Positions 19,652-30,834 of a stretch of DNA of 64,000 nt are shown one piece after another. The stretch's first letter is position 1, and each line of letters starts with the position of its first letter. The translations under genes were made by a program, and so were the position numbers. The stretch is from Promethearchaeia archaeon (lineage in GTDB: Archaea; Asgardarchaeota; Lokiarchaeia; Sigyniarchaeales; SOKP01): positions 1 to 64,000 of the forward strand of contig JAHQWG010000050.1 in the NCBI GenBank assembly GCA_029856045.1. The letters are read 5' to 3'. The notes below the pieces were generated by a model, which made no database searches, was not told the DNA's origin, and saw only the letters and a program-made list of their open reading frames with translations.

Positions 19652-21787
19652 TTAAGATCTTATATATTTCTTTTTGTAATTTTGCCAATTATTAAAAAGA
19701 ATTATTATACCTAAGGCAAGTAATCCAAGCAATCCAAAATTAATTGAGATTAAAACATAATATAAAATAGGTGGCAGGATCTCAATTTGGAAATTATTTA
19801 TGTTATAGAGAAAAATTGAATTATTTGCATAATCAAATCCAATAATGGCATATTGATATTCCATAAAATCTAATTTATTTAATGTATAGGAATGTAGATC
19901 ATCTGTGCTACTTTCTTTTTCCAAAGGAAAATAATTATATGAAGAAAAATTATCATTTGAAATCAGAAAGAAAATATTTTCTATACCGGATTCATTATCG
20001 GATGCGTTAATTGAAAAGCAGATATTATCAGAAACAGATGGTTTTTCAGGATTCATATGGAGATTCTCTAAAATGGGAGGATTATTATCCAGTAGGGTTG
20101 TAAATGAACCGTTAATTGGTTTGATATTGTGTCCGGTAATTGTATAATTATATGTGTCGATACCCAAAGGGAGGATTATATTTACGTGTCCGTTTATATC
20201 TGAATAGAAAGTTCGATATTTCCCTCCACTACTTACAAAATTAATCCTAATATTTGAGAGAGCGTTATCATTAATATCTGTTATATACATTGAAAAATGC
20301 TGCCCTTCATAAATGTCTCCAGAGAATGGATCTTTAGGTGTTTTTGGGATATTTGTATAAATATCTACTTCAGGATCTCCCAATAGACAATAAGTTAAGA
20401 CGTTTTTTCTTTCCCATTCGAGCGAGATATTTATATTAGAATACTGAAACCAATCACTGTTTAGATATTCAACTTTAGAATCGTAAAGTGCTTTTCCAGG
20501 TTGATAACTTTTATTAATAAAGAACGCTTCCCAAAATAATTTGCAATTGCCGCGATTCAACATTTCTAAGTCTAGATCTTGTTCAAAATACCAAGTAGCT
20601 CTTAATGCTCCAATATATCCTATCGCTCCAGCATCTTGTCTTTTAATTAAAATTTCACCGATATTATTATCTCCATAGTCATAACTGGAAGTGGTGCATG
20701 CATCAGCATAAAATAATGTGGGCATATTAGTATTTGAGGAACTTCCTGCATTACTGCTGCTGTAAATTATATCTCCAGATCTACTAATAAATCTATTGGG
20801 AGCTCCATGACCCGCAAAAATACCCAATGAATGTCCATCATTAAAATTATTTCGAAATGTTAAACTTGGATCTGTAATATTATCAAAATCTGGATTTTGT
20901 TCAAAGCTTGAAGTAGTTTGGATCAAATGCACATAATCCATTGAATCTAGAACATAATTTGATAGAATATAACTTGTAAGTCTCGCCTCATCTTCACCAA
21001 TCCCAGATTCTGTTTGATAAGGATAATCAGAAATTACACCTGCAAGTAAAAATGAGTTCATCCAATCTCCTATTTGAGGATTTGTTTCGTATTTAAGAGT
21101 TTTATTCACCATAATTTCTAACTCCTCATCATCTGAAGCGGGTAAGCGTCCAACATAAATTTCAGGAGTCCAATCGATTTCATCAACTCCATTATCATTA
21201 TATACTGATGATTCGCCCCATCTCCCGTCTCCGTCATCATCCCAGGTTCCGTCTAAATCAGCATAATAAAAATCTGTTGGTTTAGAATAATCATCTCCAA
21301 CCGTTTCGCACTCACCTAACGGGAGTACATCATTATTATATACAAATCTTATGGGAATTAAGTCTGTATCTCCTGCTAACAACACCCATTGAATTTCTTC
21401 AGAATTATAATAACTTTTAATCATGTTTCTAATCTTTTCTTGTGTATCTACACCGGAATAACTTGAATAATTTGTTAAAATCAGTGTTTTCACGCCTTTT
21501 TGATTTTTCCATTCAGCTAAGGGAGTTAAAATATTAGTGAAATTAGGTTTATCAGGAGGAGCAATAATTAGCATTTCAATTTTTGGATTGAACCATTCTT
21601 CTAAATCTTGAGTAAGATTTGCTCTTGGGAGTAATGAAAGGTCAATATCTAACTCATTATTTGCAGATAATGAAAATCCTTGTTGATAATATGAGCTTGA
21701 AGTTAAGAATAGAGAAAAAATTATACAATAATGAAGTAAAAATATAATCAAATACCTTGAATATTTTAATTTGTTGGTTGACTGCAT
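19652..21787 (-). CDS. Peptidase C25 (gingipain-like) family protein, membrane anchored
   Basis: VLLAGD, TDFYYADLDG, VGRLP, AGHG (His), DACTT (Cys), LLGDP; signal peptide and C-terminal TM. Confidence 0.88.
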   Translation of the reverse strand: MQSTNKLKYSRYLIIFLLHYCIIFSLFLTSSSYYQQGFSLSANNELDIDLSLLPRANLTQDLEEWFNPKIEMLIIAPPDKPNFTNILTPLAEWKNQKGVKTLILTNYSSYSGVDTQEKIRNMIKSYYNSEEIQWVLLAGDTDLIPIRFVYNNDVLPLGECETVGDDYSKPTDFYYADLDGTWDDDGDGRWGESSVYNDNGVDEIDWTPEIYVGRLPASDDEELEIMVNKTLKYETNPQIGDWMNSFLLAGVISDYPYQTESGIGEDEARLTSYILSNYVLDSMDYVHLIQTTSSFEQNPDFDNITDPSLTFRNNFNDGHSLGIFAGHGAPNRFISRSGDIIYSSSNAGSSSNTNMPTLFYADACTTSSYDYGDNNIGEILIKRQDAGAIGYIGALRATWYFEQDLDLEMLNRGNCKLFWEAFFINKSYQPGKALYDSKVEYLNSDWFQYSNINISLEWERKNVLTYCLLGDPEVDIYTNIPKTPKDPFSGDIYEGQHFSMYITDINDNALSNIRINFVSSGGKYRTFYSDINGHVNIILPLGIDTYNYTITGHNIKPINGSFTTLLDNNPPILENLHMNPEKPSVSDNICFSINASDNESGIENIFFLISNDNFSSYNYFPLEKESSTDDLHSYTLNKLDFMEYQYAIIGFDYANNSIFLYNINNFQIEILPPILYYVLISINFGLLGLLALGIIILFNNWQNYKKKYIRS

Positions 21788-21957
21788 TTTAAGGAAGTAA
21801 TTTTTCTCTTAGAATGTTAAATTAATCTATTCTAATAAATTTAATATTTATATTAAATAATTTTAAATGAGATTTAGATTATTCTATCAAATAAATAGAT
21901 AAACTAAGAAAATGATATAGAGTATAAAAAGGGAAAAATTTAAGAAAGGTTAAAAAG

Positions 21958-22191
21958 ATGGTATTGAAAGTAAGTAGTTGTCCGTACTGCGATTTAAAAA
22001 TTTTTTTTCGAATTGAACTTTCTGATATAACTACTGAAAGATTTCCTGCACCAGTATATATTGTGCATAAAAATGGAATTTGCGATCAACTCTCAACTTT
22101 TTACGTAGATAGTAAATTAAGGATTTCTTATTCAACAAAAGAAAAGAAAGAGGGGGCAATAAAGACCCTTCATACAATAGATAAACCTTGA
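21958..22191 (+). CDS. Small putative Zn-binding protein
   Basis: CPYC...H....C; purine-rich SD upstream. Confidence 0.65.
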   Translation: MVLKVSSCPYCDLKIFFRIELSDITTERFPAPVYIVHKNGICDQLSTFYVDSKLRISYSTKEKKEGAIKTLHTIDKP

Positions 22192-22300
22192 TTTTTCAAA
22201 AATTCTAAAAACTTATTTATTGTATTATTTTATTTTCATTAAAAATAAGAACCAAATTAAAATATTAAATATTAAAAAAAAAGGGAGTTTTATTTAGCAA

Positions 22301-23752
22301 TTGAGTCAAAAGTGTCCTTATTGTGGAAAGGAATTTAAGCGTTTAAGCGCACATAAATGTCCAATGGCGCCTTCAGAGGATAAAAAAGAGAAAATACAAG
22401 AACAAAAAAGAAAAGAAAAGACGATTGCAAAATCAAAAACTAAGGAAAAGATTACTCCTAAGAGCCCAGCAAAACCGAAAAATTCTCAAAATCTTAAGGA
22501 TTTAATCGGAGAGATTCAAGCAGAGACGAATATAGGGCTTGTAGGGCACGTAGATCACGGGAAGACAACCTTAGTCAAGGCTATTTGCGGAGAATGGACA
22601 GATAGATTCTCAGATGAGCAAGAGAGAGGAATATCAATCAAGTTAGGTTATGCTAACTCAACGATTTTGAAATGTTCTGCTTGTAATAAATATATGACTT
22701 ATTGGATGACTGAACAAGCTCGTAAAAAGGGAGAAAAAAGATATAAATGCATTTATTGTAAAGGAGATCTCGAATTTGTTAGAAAAATTAGCTTTGTAGA
22801 TGCCCCTGGGCATAGTGTGTTAATGTCTACAATGCTTAGTGGATCTTCACTCATGGACGGGGCATTATTACTAATAGCAGCAAATGAGATTTGTCCTCAA
22901 CCCCAAACTCGAGAACACTTAGCTGCTTTAGAAATTGCTAATATTAAAAATATTGTTATAGTTCAAAATAAGATAGATTCAGTCTCTGAAGAAAGAGCAA
23001 TTGAGAATTTTAATGAGATTAAAAGTTTTATTAAGGGATCTATTGCAGAAAATGCTCCTATTATTCCCGTTTCAGCAGTTTTCAATGCAAATATCGAACT
23101 TATAATAGAATATTTTGAAAAAAATATACCCACACCTCAATTAAATGAAGATGATGATTTTAGGTTTCTAATTGCTAGATCTTTTGATATTAATAAACCT
23201 GGAACAGAAATTGATAAATTAGTTGGTGGTGTAATTGGAGGTTCAATTACTCAGGGATTAGGAAAAATTGGTGATGATATAGAAATGAGACCGGGGTTAC
23301 GAGGAAAAAGTGGATATGAACCGATTTTTGCTGAAGTAGTAAGTCTTAGTCAAGGAAATGTTAGACTGGAAGAAGCAAAACCAGGTGGTTTAATTGGAAT
23401 TGGAACTGAATTGGATCCTTTTCTTACAAAGAGCGATTCTTTGATCGGAAACTTAGGCGGAGCTCCAGGCACATTGCCGGAAATTTTAACAGAATTAAAA
23501 CTAGAGATTCATTTATTAGATCAAGTAATTGGGGCAGAAGAACCAATAAAAGTAGAACCTATTAAACATAATGAACGTTTATTATTAGTAAGCGGCACTA
23601 TGAGAACTGCAGGCGTTGTGGAAAAAATTACTAAGGATTATGTTCAAATTAAACTATCAATTCCATTATGCACAGAGAAGAACTCATTAATATCCATCAG
23701 TAGGGTTATTAAAAAGCGGTTTAGATTAATTGGCTATGGATATATTAAATGA
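22301..23752 (+). CDS. eif2g: Translation initiation factor aIF2 gamma subunit with N-terminal extension
   Basis: NIGLVGHVDHGKTT, RGISIKLGYA, DAPGH, PQPQTREH, NKID, ARSFDINKPG. Confidence 0.95.
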   Translation: MSQKCPYCGKEFKRLSAHKCPMAPSEDKKEKIQEQKRKEKTIAKSKTKEKITPKSPAKPKNSQNLKDLIGEIQAETNIGLVGHVDHGKTTLVKAICGEWTDRFSDEQERGISIKLGYANSTILKCSACNKYMTYWMTEQARKKGEKRYKCIYCKGDLEFVRKISFVDAPGHSVLMSTMLSGSSLMDGALLLIAANEICPQPQTREHLAALEIANIKNIVIVQNKIDSVSEERAIENFNEIKSFIKGSIAENAPIIPVSAVFNANIELIIEYFEKNIPTPQLNEDDDFRFLIARSFDINKPGTEIDKLVGGVIGGSITQGLGKIGDDIEMRPGLRGKSGYEPIFAEVVSLSQGNVRLEEAKPGGLIGIGTELDPFLTKSDSLIGNLGGAPGTLPEILTELKLEIHLLDQVIGAEEPIKVEPIKHNERLLLVSGTMRTAGVVEKITKDYVQIKLSIPLCTEKNSLISISRVIKKRFRLIGYGYIK

Positions 23753-23762
23753 TTTTTCATTT

Positions 23763-24089
23763 CTAAGAATAAGAGATATAAATTTCTCTAATTTTTCCTT
23801 TTATAAGTTTTAAATTTAAATTGGCTGTATCAAGGAGATTTTGCAACTCTTCGATTATAAGGCTCTCGGGTTTTCCCGTATCTTGTGCAGAAAGCTTGAT
23901 TTTTGTTTCATATAGTGCTAGGGAGTTTTCAGGAATTTTTCCTAAGAAATGAAGTATAATTTCAATATTTTTTAAGCTATTAAGATCATCTTGCTGGCTT
24001 TCTTTTTTTATTTCGAAAAAAATATTATCTGTAATTCTTTTCTCGAGAAAAGCCACAAAATCTTTTAATTCATCTATATAAATTACTAT
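23763..24089 (-). CDS. Hypothetical protein
   Basis: ORF track starts at GTG 24056; frame is open to ATA 24089/24092 after GTGATG. Confidence 0.6.
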   Translation of the reverse strand: MVIYIDELKDFVAFLEKRITDNIFFEIKKESQQDDLNSLKNIEIILHFLGKIPENSLALYETKIKLSAQDTGKPESLIIEELQNLLDTANLNLKLIKGKIREIYISYS

Positions 24090-24131
24090 TATATTTCATC
24101 ACTTTTTTTAATATAACCATTTCATTAAGAA

Positions 24132-25787
24132 TTATGATTGATTTTTATTTTTTATGTAAATCCATGCTCCCAATCCCAAAATAATGGAATAAAAAATTGA
24201 GAAAATAATGATCCACGTTGGAAAGTGTATAACTGTAGTATCTATATAATTGAGTGTTATTGAAGTATCTGCTGTTCCATTCATTATAAACTGCCCAAGA
24301 GAATTGTATACTTCAATAGAATATACTCCTATTGGCACATTATACAATAAGACTTGTCCTGCATAGTTGGTTATCTTTTGAGGAATAGGTTGAGATTTTA
24401 CCAATGAAATAAATGTACCATAAGTTTGATTGAAAAAATAAAATTTTAAAATCATTCCTGCAAGGGGCGCTTTTATGTGATCTGTAACCACTACAGATAA
24501 GAACTCAGTAGTTTGATATTCAACAATTACTGCAAGGACTTCATTCTTGATGAAATAAGAGCTAGCAATATTTAAGCCAAGTCTTGGTGACAAACCTCCT
24601 CCTTCAGTTGTGTTTAGGTCTATAACATTTGCTACGCGCTCGAAATTAGTATTTGTTTTCCTAAATTGAGAATAATATATATTGGATTCAATGAATTGGA
24701 TTCCTTCAAGGTAAATACCTATAGGTCCATCAAGAATTTCTAAGAGATATATACGTTCTCGAATATTATCCGACATAACAAGCCTATCTATTGCCCAAAA
24801 ATCATAACATACATTATTAAATGAAATTATGAAATCCGTGGTAAATTTCAATGATATTATGGTTTGATTCGCTGGACAAGAACCATTAAACCAATTTTGT
24901 GGGTTTTTATGAGCATTTATATCTTTGGATTCATTTCCAATTGAGTATTCGAAATTGTATAGTTTAATACTATCTTCAATGCAAAATAAAAAATCTAATG
25001 TTAAATTTTCAGCAAGTATACTATATCCTTGAGAAGTTTTGATTAATCCTTCTATATTAAAGCCATAAGTAAAATTAACTGATTGTATTTGAGTTTTATT
25101 AATCATATTTAAGTTTTGATTAAGATCTTGGTTAATATTCCAAGATTCAATGGATAACCAATAATCGTAAATAAAAATAAAGCGTAAAGTGCCATTTTTC
25201 GCTATATGTTGTTCTCGATAATTATAAATAAAAGCGTTTTTTGAATCAATTGTATAATTTTCTTTAGGAAGTAAGGTTTCATTAAGATAAGCATCAAGTA
25301 AATTCGTTGGATGTAAATTTGTTTGATACATTAAAAGTCCTGATGCACTGGAATTATAATCAAATATTATTGAAATATTGAATTTTACAATAATATTTTC
25401 AAATCGATCTCTGATATCTGTATTATTAAATCTAGCGGGTCTTACTGTGTTACTAAAAATTAAATCAAAATCTTGAGCAATTAAATCTCCAGAGTCAAGA
25501 TCATTTTTAATATTTTCATATTCAATATTTCGATAAAGAAATCCTTGATCTTGTGTATCCATATTTATTATCGAGATATTCCCCAAATCATGCAGTTTTT
25601 CTGATAAAACTGGTTCATAATCAAATAATTGTAATTTTGGAGAATTAATATTATAATCAAAATTGCTTGAATCTTTATGATTTAATTCCTTAATACCATT
25701 AACGTAAAATAATGTTAGAGAAAAAGAAAGAATGAATAATATTGCTAAGACAAAAGTAAATTTCTTTAAATTAAACTTATTTAACAT
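24132..25787 (-). CDS. Secreted/membrane-anchored hypothetical protein
   Basis: N-terminal signal-like helix, beta-rich body, C-terminal TM plus basic tail. Confidence 0.7.
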   Translation of the reverse strand: MLNKFNLKKFTFVLAILFILSFSLTLFYVNGIKELNHKDSSNFDYNINSPKLQLFDYEPVLSEKLHDLGNISIINMDTQDQGFLYRNIEYENIKNDLDSGDLIAQDFDLIFSNTVRPARFNNTDIRDRFENIIVKFNISIIFDYNSSASGLLMYQTNLHPTNLLDAYLNETLLPKENYTIDSKNAFIYNYREQHIAKNGTLRFIFIYDYWLSIESWNINQDLNQNLNMINKTQIQSVNFTYGFNIEGLIKTSQGYSILAENLTLDFLFCIEDSIKLYNFEYSIGNESKDINAHKNPQNWFNGSCPANQTIISLKFTTDFIISFNNVCYDFWAIDRLVMSDNIRERIYLLEILDGPIGIYLEGIQFIESNIYYSQFRKTNTNFERVANVIDLNTTEGGGLSPRLGLNIASSYFIKNEVLAVIVEYQTTEFLSVVVTDHIKAPLAGMILKFYFFNQTYGTFISLVKSQPIPQKITNYAGQVLLYNVPIGVYSIEVYNSLGQFIMNGTADTSITLNYIDTTVIHFPTWIIIFSIFYSIILGLGAWIYIKNKNQS

Positions 25788-25936
25788 TATTAAACTCTAA
25801 CTTGAAAATTTATAGACTAAATAAAGTGTGATATTTTTTTAATTTTATTAGTTTCAAAATTTTAAAACATATAAATCAATATTTCCAAAAATTATGTAAA
25901 TATTTTTAATTTTTTTTTGTATTTGATAATTATCGA

Positions 25937-27313
25937 ATGAATGTTAAAAAAGATAAGAAAAAATTTTTATCTCAATTAGAATATTTAGTAGAGAATTTTT
26001 TAGATAATCAATATGAGCAAGTAATTTCTATTTCTCATAATGATGCTGATGGATTTAGTAGTTCTGCTCTAATACAGAATTTGTTACATAAATTACAGAT
26101 CCCATTTGAATATCATATCTTTAATCTAGCGCAATCTTGGAAAAATTATTTAAAAGGGTTTTTTTCTAAGCTAGGTAATAAAAAAACAGCTTTTATTTTT
26201 ACCGATATTGGTTCTAATATATCTGAGATAATTGAAATAATTAAAGATCGAAAAGAAGATTTCTTTATTTTGGATCATCATGAAATTGATCAAAAGATTG
26301 AAGATCTAGAAATCCCAGATAATCTATTCCTTTTGAATCCTACAATTTATGGATTTGATGGATTAAGTGATATTGCAGGAGCTACATTAGCATATATGTT
26401 TGCAAAAAGAATAAAACCATCGATAGTTAAATTGGGATGGTTAGCTATACTTGGAATCTCCGGAGATTCATTAAAATCTATGGATAAATTAGCCTCTTTT
26501 AATAAAGAAGTTTATGAGGAAATTATTGAGGAGGGTATTATATTAGAACTGGATGGCTTAACTTTATTTGGAGGTATGCATGAAACAATCAAGGAAGGAT
26601 TGAGATATAGTATATTACCGTTTATAAAAGAAATTGAGGGAGATCTCCAGAAATCCAAAATCATATTGCGCAAATTGAAAATTGACGAAAATAGACCTGT
26701 AATCAAGCTTAATTCAGATGAGATTGAAAAATTACAGGGCTCAATTAATGCAAATATTATTGGAAAGTCGGCAATCTTTCCAAAGAAAAGTGGATTACTA
26801 AAGTTTGTTTTTGAGCATTCATTATTATTAAATATTTTAGGTTTTAATAATATAAATGCCGCATTTAATTTACTACAAAGCCCAAATATAACTCTATATT
26901 CAAAGAAAATGTATTATGATTACATAAAAAATCTAATAAAGAATTTAAGCACCATATCAAGAATTCAAAAAGAAGTGTCAGAAAAAGCCATAATTATTGA
27001 TGCGGAAGGAAAAATCCCCCCAAGTAATTGGTCAGATACCAGCAGTTTCGCAACTGTCAATGAAATTTTAGACCCCAATAAAATGTTATTTTTAGGTGGT
27101 GAAGAACAACGTTATCATATGATAAAATTGAGTGTCCGATGTAGTAATAAGTATCTTGAAAAAAATCCGGGCAAGGGAGCAAATTATGTAATTCAAAATA
27201 TTAAAAAAGATCTGGGTGGAATTGGAGGGGGGCATAAATTAGCTGGAGGGATTAAAATATCGCAAAATTCATTTCATATTCTAAGAGAAAATATAGATAA
27301 ATTTCTGGAGTAA
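25937..27313 (+). CDS. DHH-family phosphoesterase (RecJ/GAN-like)
   Basis: HNDADG, TDIGS, LDHH, GGGH..AGG. Confidence 0.88.
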   Translation: MNVKKDKKKFLSQLEYLVENFLDNQYEQVISISHNDADGFSSSALIQNLLHKLQIPFEYHIFNLAQSWKNYLKGFFSKLGNKKTAFIFTDIGSNISEIIEIIKDRKEDFFILDHHEIDQKIEDLEIPDNLFLLNPTIYGFDGLSDIAGATLAYMFAKRIKPSIVKLGWLAILGISGDSLKSMDKLASFNKEVYEEIIEEGIILELDGLTLFGGMHETIKEGLRYSILPFIKEIEGDLQKSKIILRKLKIDENRPVIKLNSDEIEKLQGSINANIIGKSAIFPKKSGLLKFVFEHSLLLNILGFNNINAAFNLLQSPNITLYSKKMYYDYIKNLIKNLSTISRIQKEVSEKAIIIDAEGKIPPSNWSDTSSFATVNEILDPNKMLFLGGEEQRYHMIKLSVRCSNKYLEKNPGKGANYVIQNIKKDLGGIGGGHKLAGGIKISQNSFHILRENIDKFLE

Positions 27314-27322
27314 ACGTCTTAT

Positions 27323-27622
27323 ATGTCATTTTTAAAAAAAGTTAATGAAAATACCTTTACTCTTTCAATTCATGTAAAACCTAATTCTAAAGAACAAAAA
27401 ATAATCCAAGAAAATGATAATTTAGTGGTTTCGCTTAAATCACCACCCATTAAAGGTAAAGCAAATAAAGAATTGCTTAAATTAATCAAAAAAGAAGTAA
27501 AAATTCCGCATATGAATGTTTGTTTATTATCGGGATTCCAGAATAGAGATAAAATCATTCAAATTACATTTAATAACGAGATAATAAATCAAAAATTTAT
27601 TTTAGAAAAATTAATTAAATAA
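27323..27622 (+). CDS. DUF167/UPF0235 (YggU-like) protein
   Basis: VKPNSK, PP.KGKAN.EL, SG...R.K. Confidence 0.85.
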   Translation: MSFLKKVNENTFTLSIHVKPNSKEQKIIQENDNLVVSLKSPPIKGKANKELLKLIKKEVKIPHMNVCLLSGFQNRDKIIQITFNNEIINQKFILEKLIK

Positions 27623-27667
27623 TAATTTGAGATATCTAATCGTAATAACCTTATACTATTTTTTAAT

Positions 27668-28798
27668 ATGAGCAAATTAGTTTTAATTGATGGTGCAAAA
27701 GGGCACACAGGTACATTTCTTGTAAGAGAGATATTAAAAACAAAAGATAATTGGAAGATTATTGCAACTGACCTCCCATCAGCTAGGAGAAAAGAAATAA
27801 TGAGTAAGGAAACGATTTTTAGTAGCAGATTGAAATATATGAAAGAAGTTTTGCAACATGAGAGAGTAGAATTCATCCCAGCAGATTTGACCGAACCAGA
27901 GAGTCTTGAACCTTTATTTAAAGATAAAAAATATGATTTGATTTTTCATACGGCCAGTTTATATGATTATTTTGCTAGTTTAGATATTTTAAGAAAAATT
28001 AATGTTGAGGGGATAAGGAATTTACTTGAAATTATTTATAAATCACAAAATTTGGAGACATTACGATTTATACATTGGAGCACATGCGGGGTTTACGGGG
28101 AGCCTAAATATAAAAAAGATAATAAAAATTATCCAATTCCTGCTGATGAGACAACTCCTTATAACCCTCCAAATAATTATAGTATTAGTAAAATGGAACA
28201 AGAAAAGGTTTTAAAAGAATATTGTGAAAAATATAAATTAAAAACAATCATAATCCGACCCGCGCCTATTATTGGTCCCTATCAACATTATGGTACTTTC
28301 CATATTTTCCAAATTGTAAATAAATCAGGTGTTGGTCCGGGTATCCATATATATCCAAAAAAGAAGCGATTAGCTATGCCATTAATTCATGTGGTAGATT
28401 TAGCCCGTGCAGCAACTTTTCTAGCGGAAAATGATAAAGCAATTGGTGAAGCTTATAACCTGATTATTGATCCTTGCTTTCAAGAAGATTTTTTTGAGTA
28501 TGTTGCTGATCTTTTAAATGTTGATTATTTTAATTTTCCAGTTTGGTGGCCATTTTATAAATTTATGTCGAGTACTCTTTTTTGGCTTGCTAAGCGAAAG
28601 GAAAAAAAAGCTCGAAAATTAAATTCCAGACCTCCTGTTGATTTATCTATGGCTGGCTATATAAAACATCAATATCTATTTTCTAATGAAAAAATTAAAA
28701 AATTAGGTTTCAAATTTAAATTTCCTGATTACAAAAGCACCTCAAAGGATACGATCGATTGGTATATTAAAAATGGATGGTTGGAGAGTGAAAATTAA
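27668..28798 (+). CDS. NAD-dependent epimerase/dehydratase (extended SDR)
   Basis: GAKGHTG, ST.GVYG, YSISK, RPAPIIGP. Confidence 0.85.
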   Translation: MSKLVLIDGAKGHTGTFLVREILKTKDNWKIIATDLPSARRKEIMSKETIFSSRLKYMKEVLQHERVEFIPADLTEPESLEPLFKDKKYDLIFHTASLYDYFASLDILRKINVEGIRNLLEIIYKSQNLETLRFIHWSTCGVYGEPKYKKDNKNYPIPADETTPYNPPNNYSISKMEQEKVLKEYCEKYKLKTIIIRPAPIIGPYQHYGTFHIFQIVNKSGVGPGIHIYPKKKRLAMPLIHVVDLARAATFLAENDKAIGEAYNLIIDPCFQEDFFEYVADLLNVDYFNFPVWWPFYKFMSSTLFWLAKRKEKKARKLNSRPPVDLSMAGYIKHQYLFSNEKIKKLGFKFKFPDYKSTSKDTIDWYIKNGWLESEN

Positions 28799-28801
28799 AA
28801 T

Positions 28802-29275
28802 ATGGGGTTTTTAACATCGCTGATTTTGATGTTTTGGGTTGGTTGGGTTAACTCATATTTATATCGAAAATTTTTACGGAAAAGAAATAAGGATTGGATT
28901 GTTTTCTTAGCCATAATTTCTATTTCTGGTTTTTGGATTTTTGATTCCTTAATTTATTTTGAAATATTTGATATGACTTGGATAAATTTCCTTCCATGGG
29001 TAAATATTCCTATGGTCGATGGAGGGAAATATTATATGTGGAACTCATTTATAGTCTTAGGCCTTGATTTTGGAATAACTCATCAATCCGGTATGGAAAT
29101 AATTGCATTCTTTTTACTCATATCATACCTTTTCTGGTACTATTTTGGTTCTAAACTTGGAAAAATCTTTCACGGTTATAAAACATATCAGCAAGGGCAT
29201 TATATGATCATTAGACCTGTTAAAAAATATATTAAGGATCGAGAAAAAAGAAACTTAAAAGAACATAAAGAATGA
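28802..29275 (+). CDS. Hypothetical membrane protein, probably co-transcribed with the SDR
   Basis: 3 nt after the SDR stop; 3 TM segments. Confidence 0.65.
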   Translation: MGFLTSLILMFWVGWVNSYLYRKFLRKRNKDWIVFLAIISISGFWIFDSLIYFEIFDMTWINFLPWVNIPMVDGGKYYMWNSFIVLGLDFGITHQSGMEIIAFFLLISYLFWYYFGSKLGKIFHGYKTYQQGHYMIIRPVKKYIKDREKRNLKEHKE

Positions 29276-29313
29276 AATTTAAAAAATAAACCCAAGAAAT
29301 ATTACATTTTTAT

Positions 29314-30771
29314 TTATTTTATTGGTTTTGGTTTAATTTTAAACACATAAGCTGGAGCCCATAATAAATTTCTTGAAATCTCAATTTCAAGGTTTTCTGC
29401 ATTATTTTTCCAATTTAAATCTTTTGTATTATCCAAAATTTGAATTTTAGCATTTTTTTCTAAATTTAATGATTTAATCGTAATTGTGTTAGTTTTTAGC
29501 TTCCCCAATAAAATTGCATAAAGTACATTTTCTTTTTGGGTATATCGTATTTCCATATTATCTACAGTCTTACTTTCTGCTCTTATCCATGGTCGGGTCC
29601 CAAAAATTGCATCTCCATTCACCTCGAGCCATTTACCAAATTTTAATAAAAGATTTTTTTGAATTTCTGGAATCGTGCCATCTTCCATTGGACCTACATT
29701 TAACAAGAGATTTCCATTTTTACTCACAATATCCACAAACATATAAATCAATTCTTCTAACGTCAGATATTGACTTTTCGGCTCAAACTTATTATATCCA
29801 AATGAAAAACCAATGCCTCTTGTTATTTCCCATTTATTTTCTCTAATTTCTTTAAAACGCATATATTCTGGAGTCTGGAAATCATAATGATGAGATATTG
29901 GGAATGAGACACTTCCCTTAGAAGTCAGGCGTTTGACTATCCATTTTATTAACGCTGCGATTGGTTTAAATTTCAATAATTTTCGAGTAAATTTCGAAAT
30001 TTGGATCCATCTATCATTAACAATACCATCTGGAAATTTATTATAAAAATAGGCAAATAATTCATTCACATTTGTTTTAGGGGGATATCCAATATCATTC
30101 CATAGAATAATTGGCTCATACTTATCTATCAATTCATACCAATGATTACTTACATATTCGACATATTCTGGTTCCGTAGGTCCATTATCTAAAAAAGAAA
30201 TAATGTCGATAATTGGAGTTTCAGTAAAAGACCAGTCTAATGAACCAGAATAATATAAACCCATTTTTAACCCCGCCCGCTTAACCACTTTTGTAAGTTC
30301 TCCTACAATATCTCGGCTTGCTGAATAATTCTTCTTTCGGGGGTTGGGATATTTACTAGGCCACAGGAGAAATCCATCATGATGTTTAGTAACGAGAATG
30401 ACATATTTAGCTCCTACTTTTTTAAATAAGTCAACCCATTCATTCGGATTCCATTTTTTAATGGCTTTATTAAATATTGGTACAAAATCATCATAGGAGA
30501 AATTTTCTCCATAAGTCTCTCGATGATATTTTTGAGTTTCAGTCCCATCAATTCTGAGAGAGTTTAAGTACCATTCTGCATATGGATTTTTTGCAAATTG
30601 TGCGCCGATTCCTTCTTTTTTCTGAATCTCAACTAAATCACCTTGTCCAACAACTGCGAACGCAGGAACAGAAGATAAACTCCAATGAATAAAAATTCCA
30701 AATTTGGCATCATGAAACCATTCAGGAACTTTATGTTTTCTTACAGATTTTAGATTAGGAGTATAAGTCAT
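29314..30771 (-). CDS. Alpha-L-fucosidase (GH29)
   Basis: PEWFHDAKFGIFIHW, YAEWY, TKHHDGF, LWND, VSKNGNLLLNVGP. Confidence 0.92.
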   Translation of the reverse strand: MTYTPNLKSVRKHKVPEWFHDAKFGIFIHWSLSSVPAFAVVGQGDLVEIQKKEGIGAQFAKNPYAEWYLNSLRIDGTETQKYHRETYGENFSYDDFVPIFNKAIKKWNPNEWVDLFKKVGAKYVILVTKHHDGFLLWPSKYPNPRKKNYSASRDIVGELTKVVKRAGLKMGLYYSGSLDWSFTETPIIDIISFLDNGPTEPEYVEYVSNHWYELIDKYEPIILWNDIGYPPKTNVNELFAYFYNKFPDGIVNDRWIQISKFTRKLLKFKPIAALIKWIVKRLTSKGSVSFPISHHYDFQTPEYMRFKEIRENKWEITRGIGFSFGYNKFEPKSQYLTLEELIYMFVDIVSKNGNLLLNVGPMEDGTIPEIQKNLLLKFGKWLEVNGDAIFGTRPWIRAESKTVDNMEIRYTQKENVLYAILLGKLKTNTITIKSLNLEKNAKIQILDNTKDLNWKNNAENLEIEISRNLLWAPAYVFKIKPKPIK

Positions 30772-30834
30772 TTTTATTAATATAAATAATTGGATTATCT
30801 TTAATATTTGATATTTTACAAAATAAATGAATCT

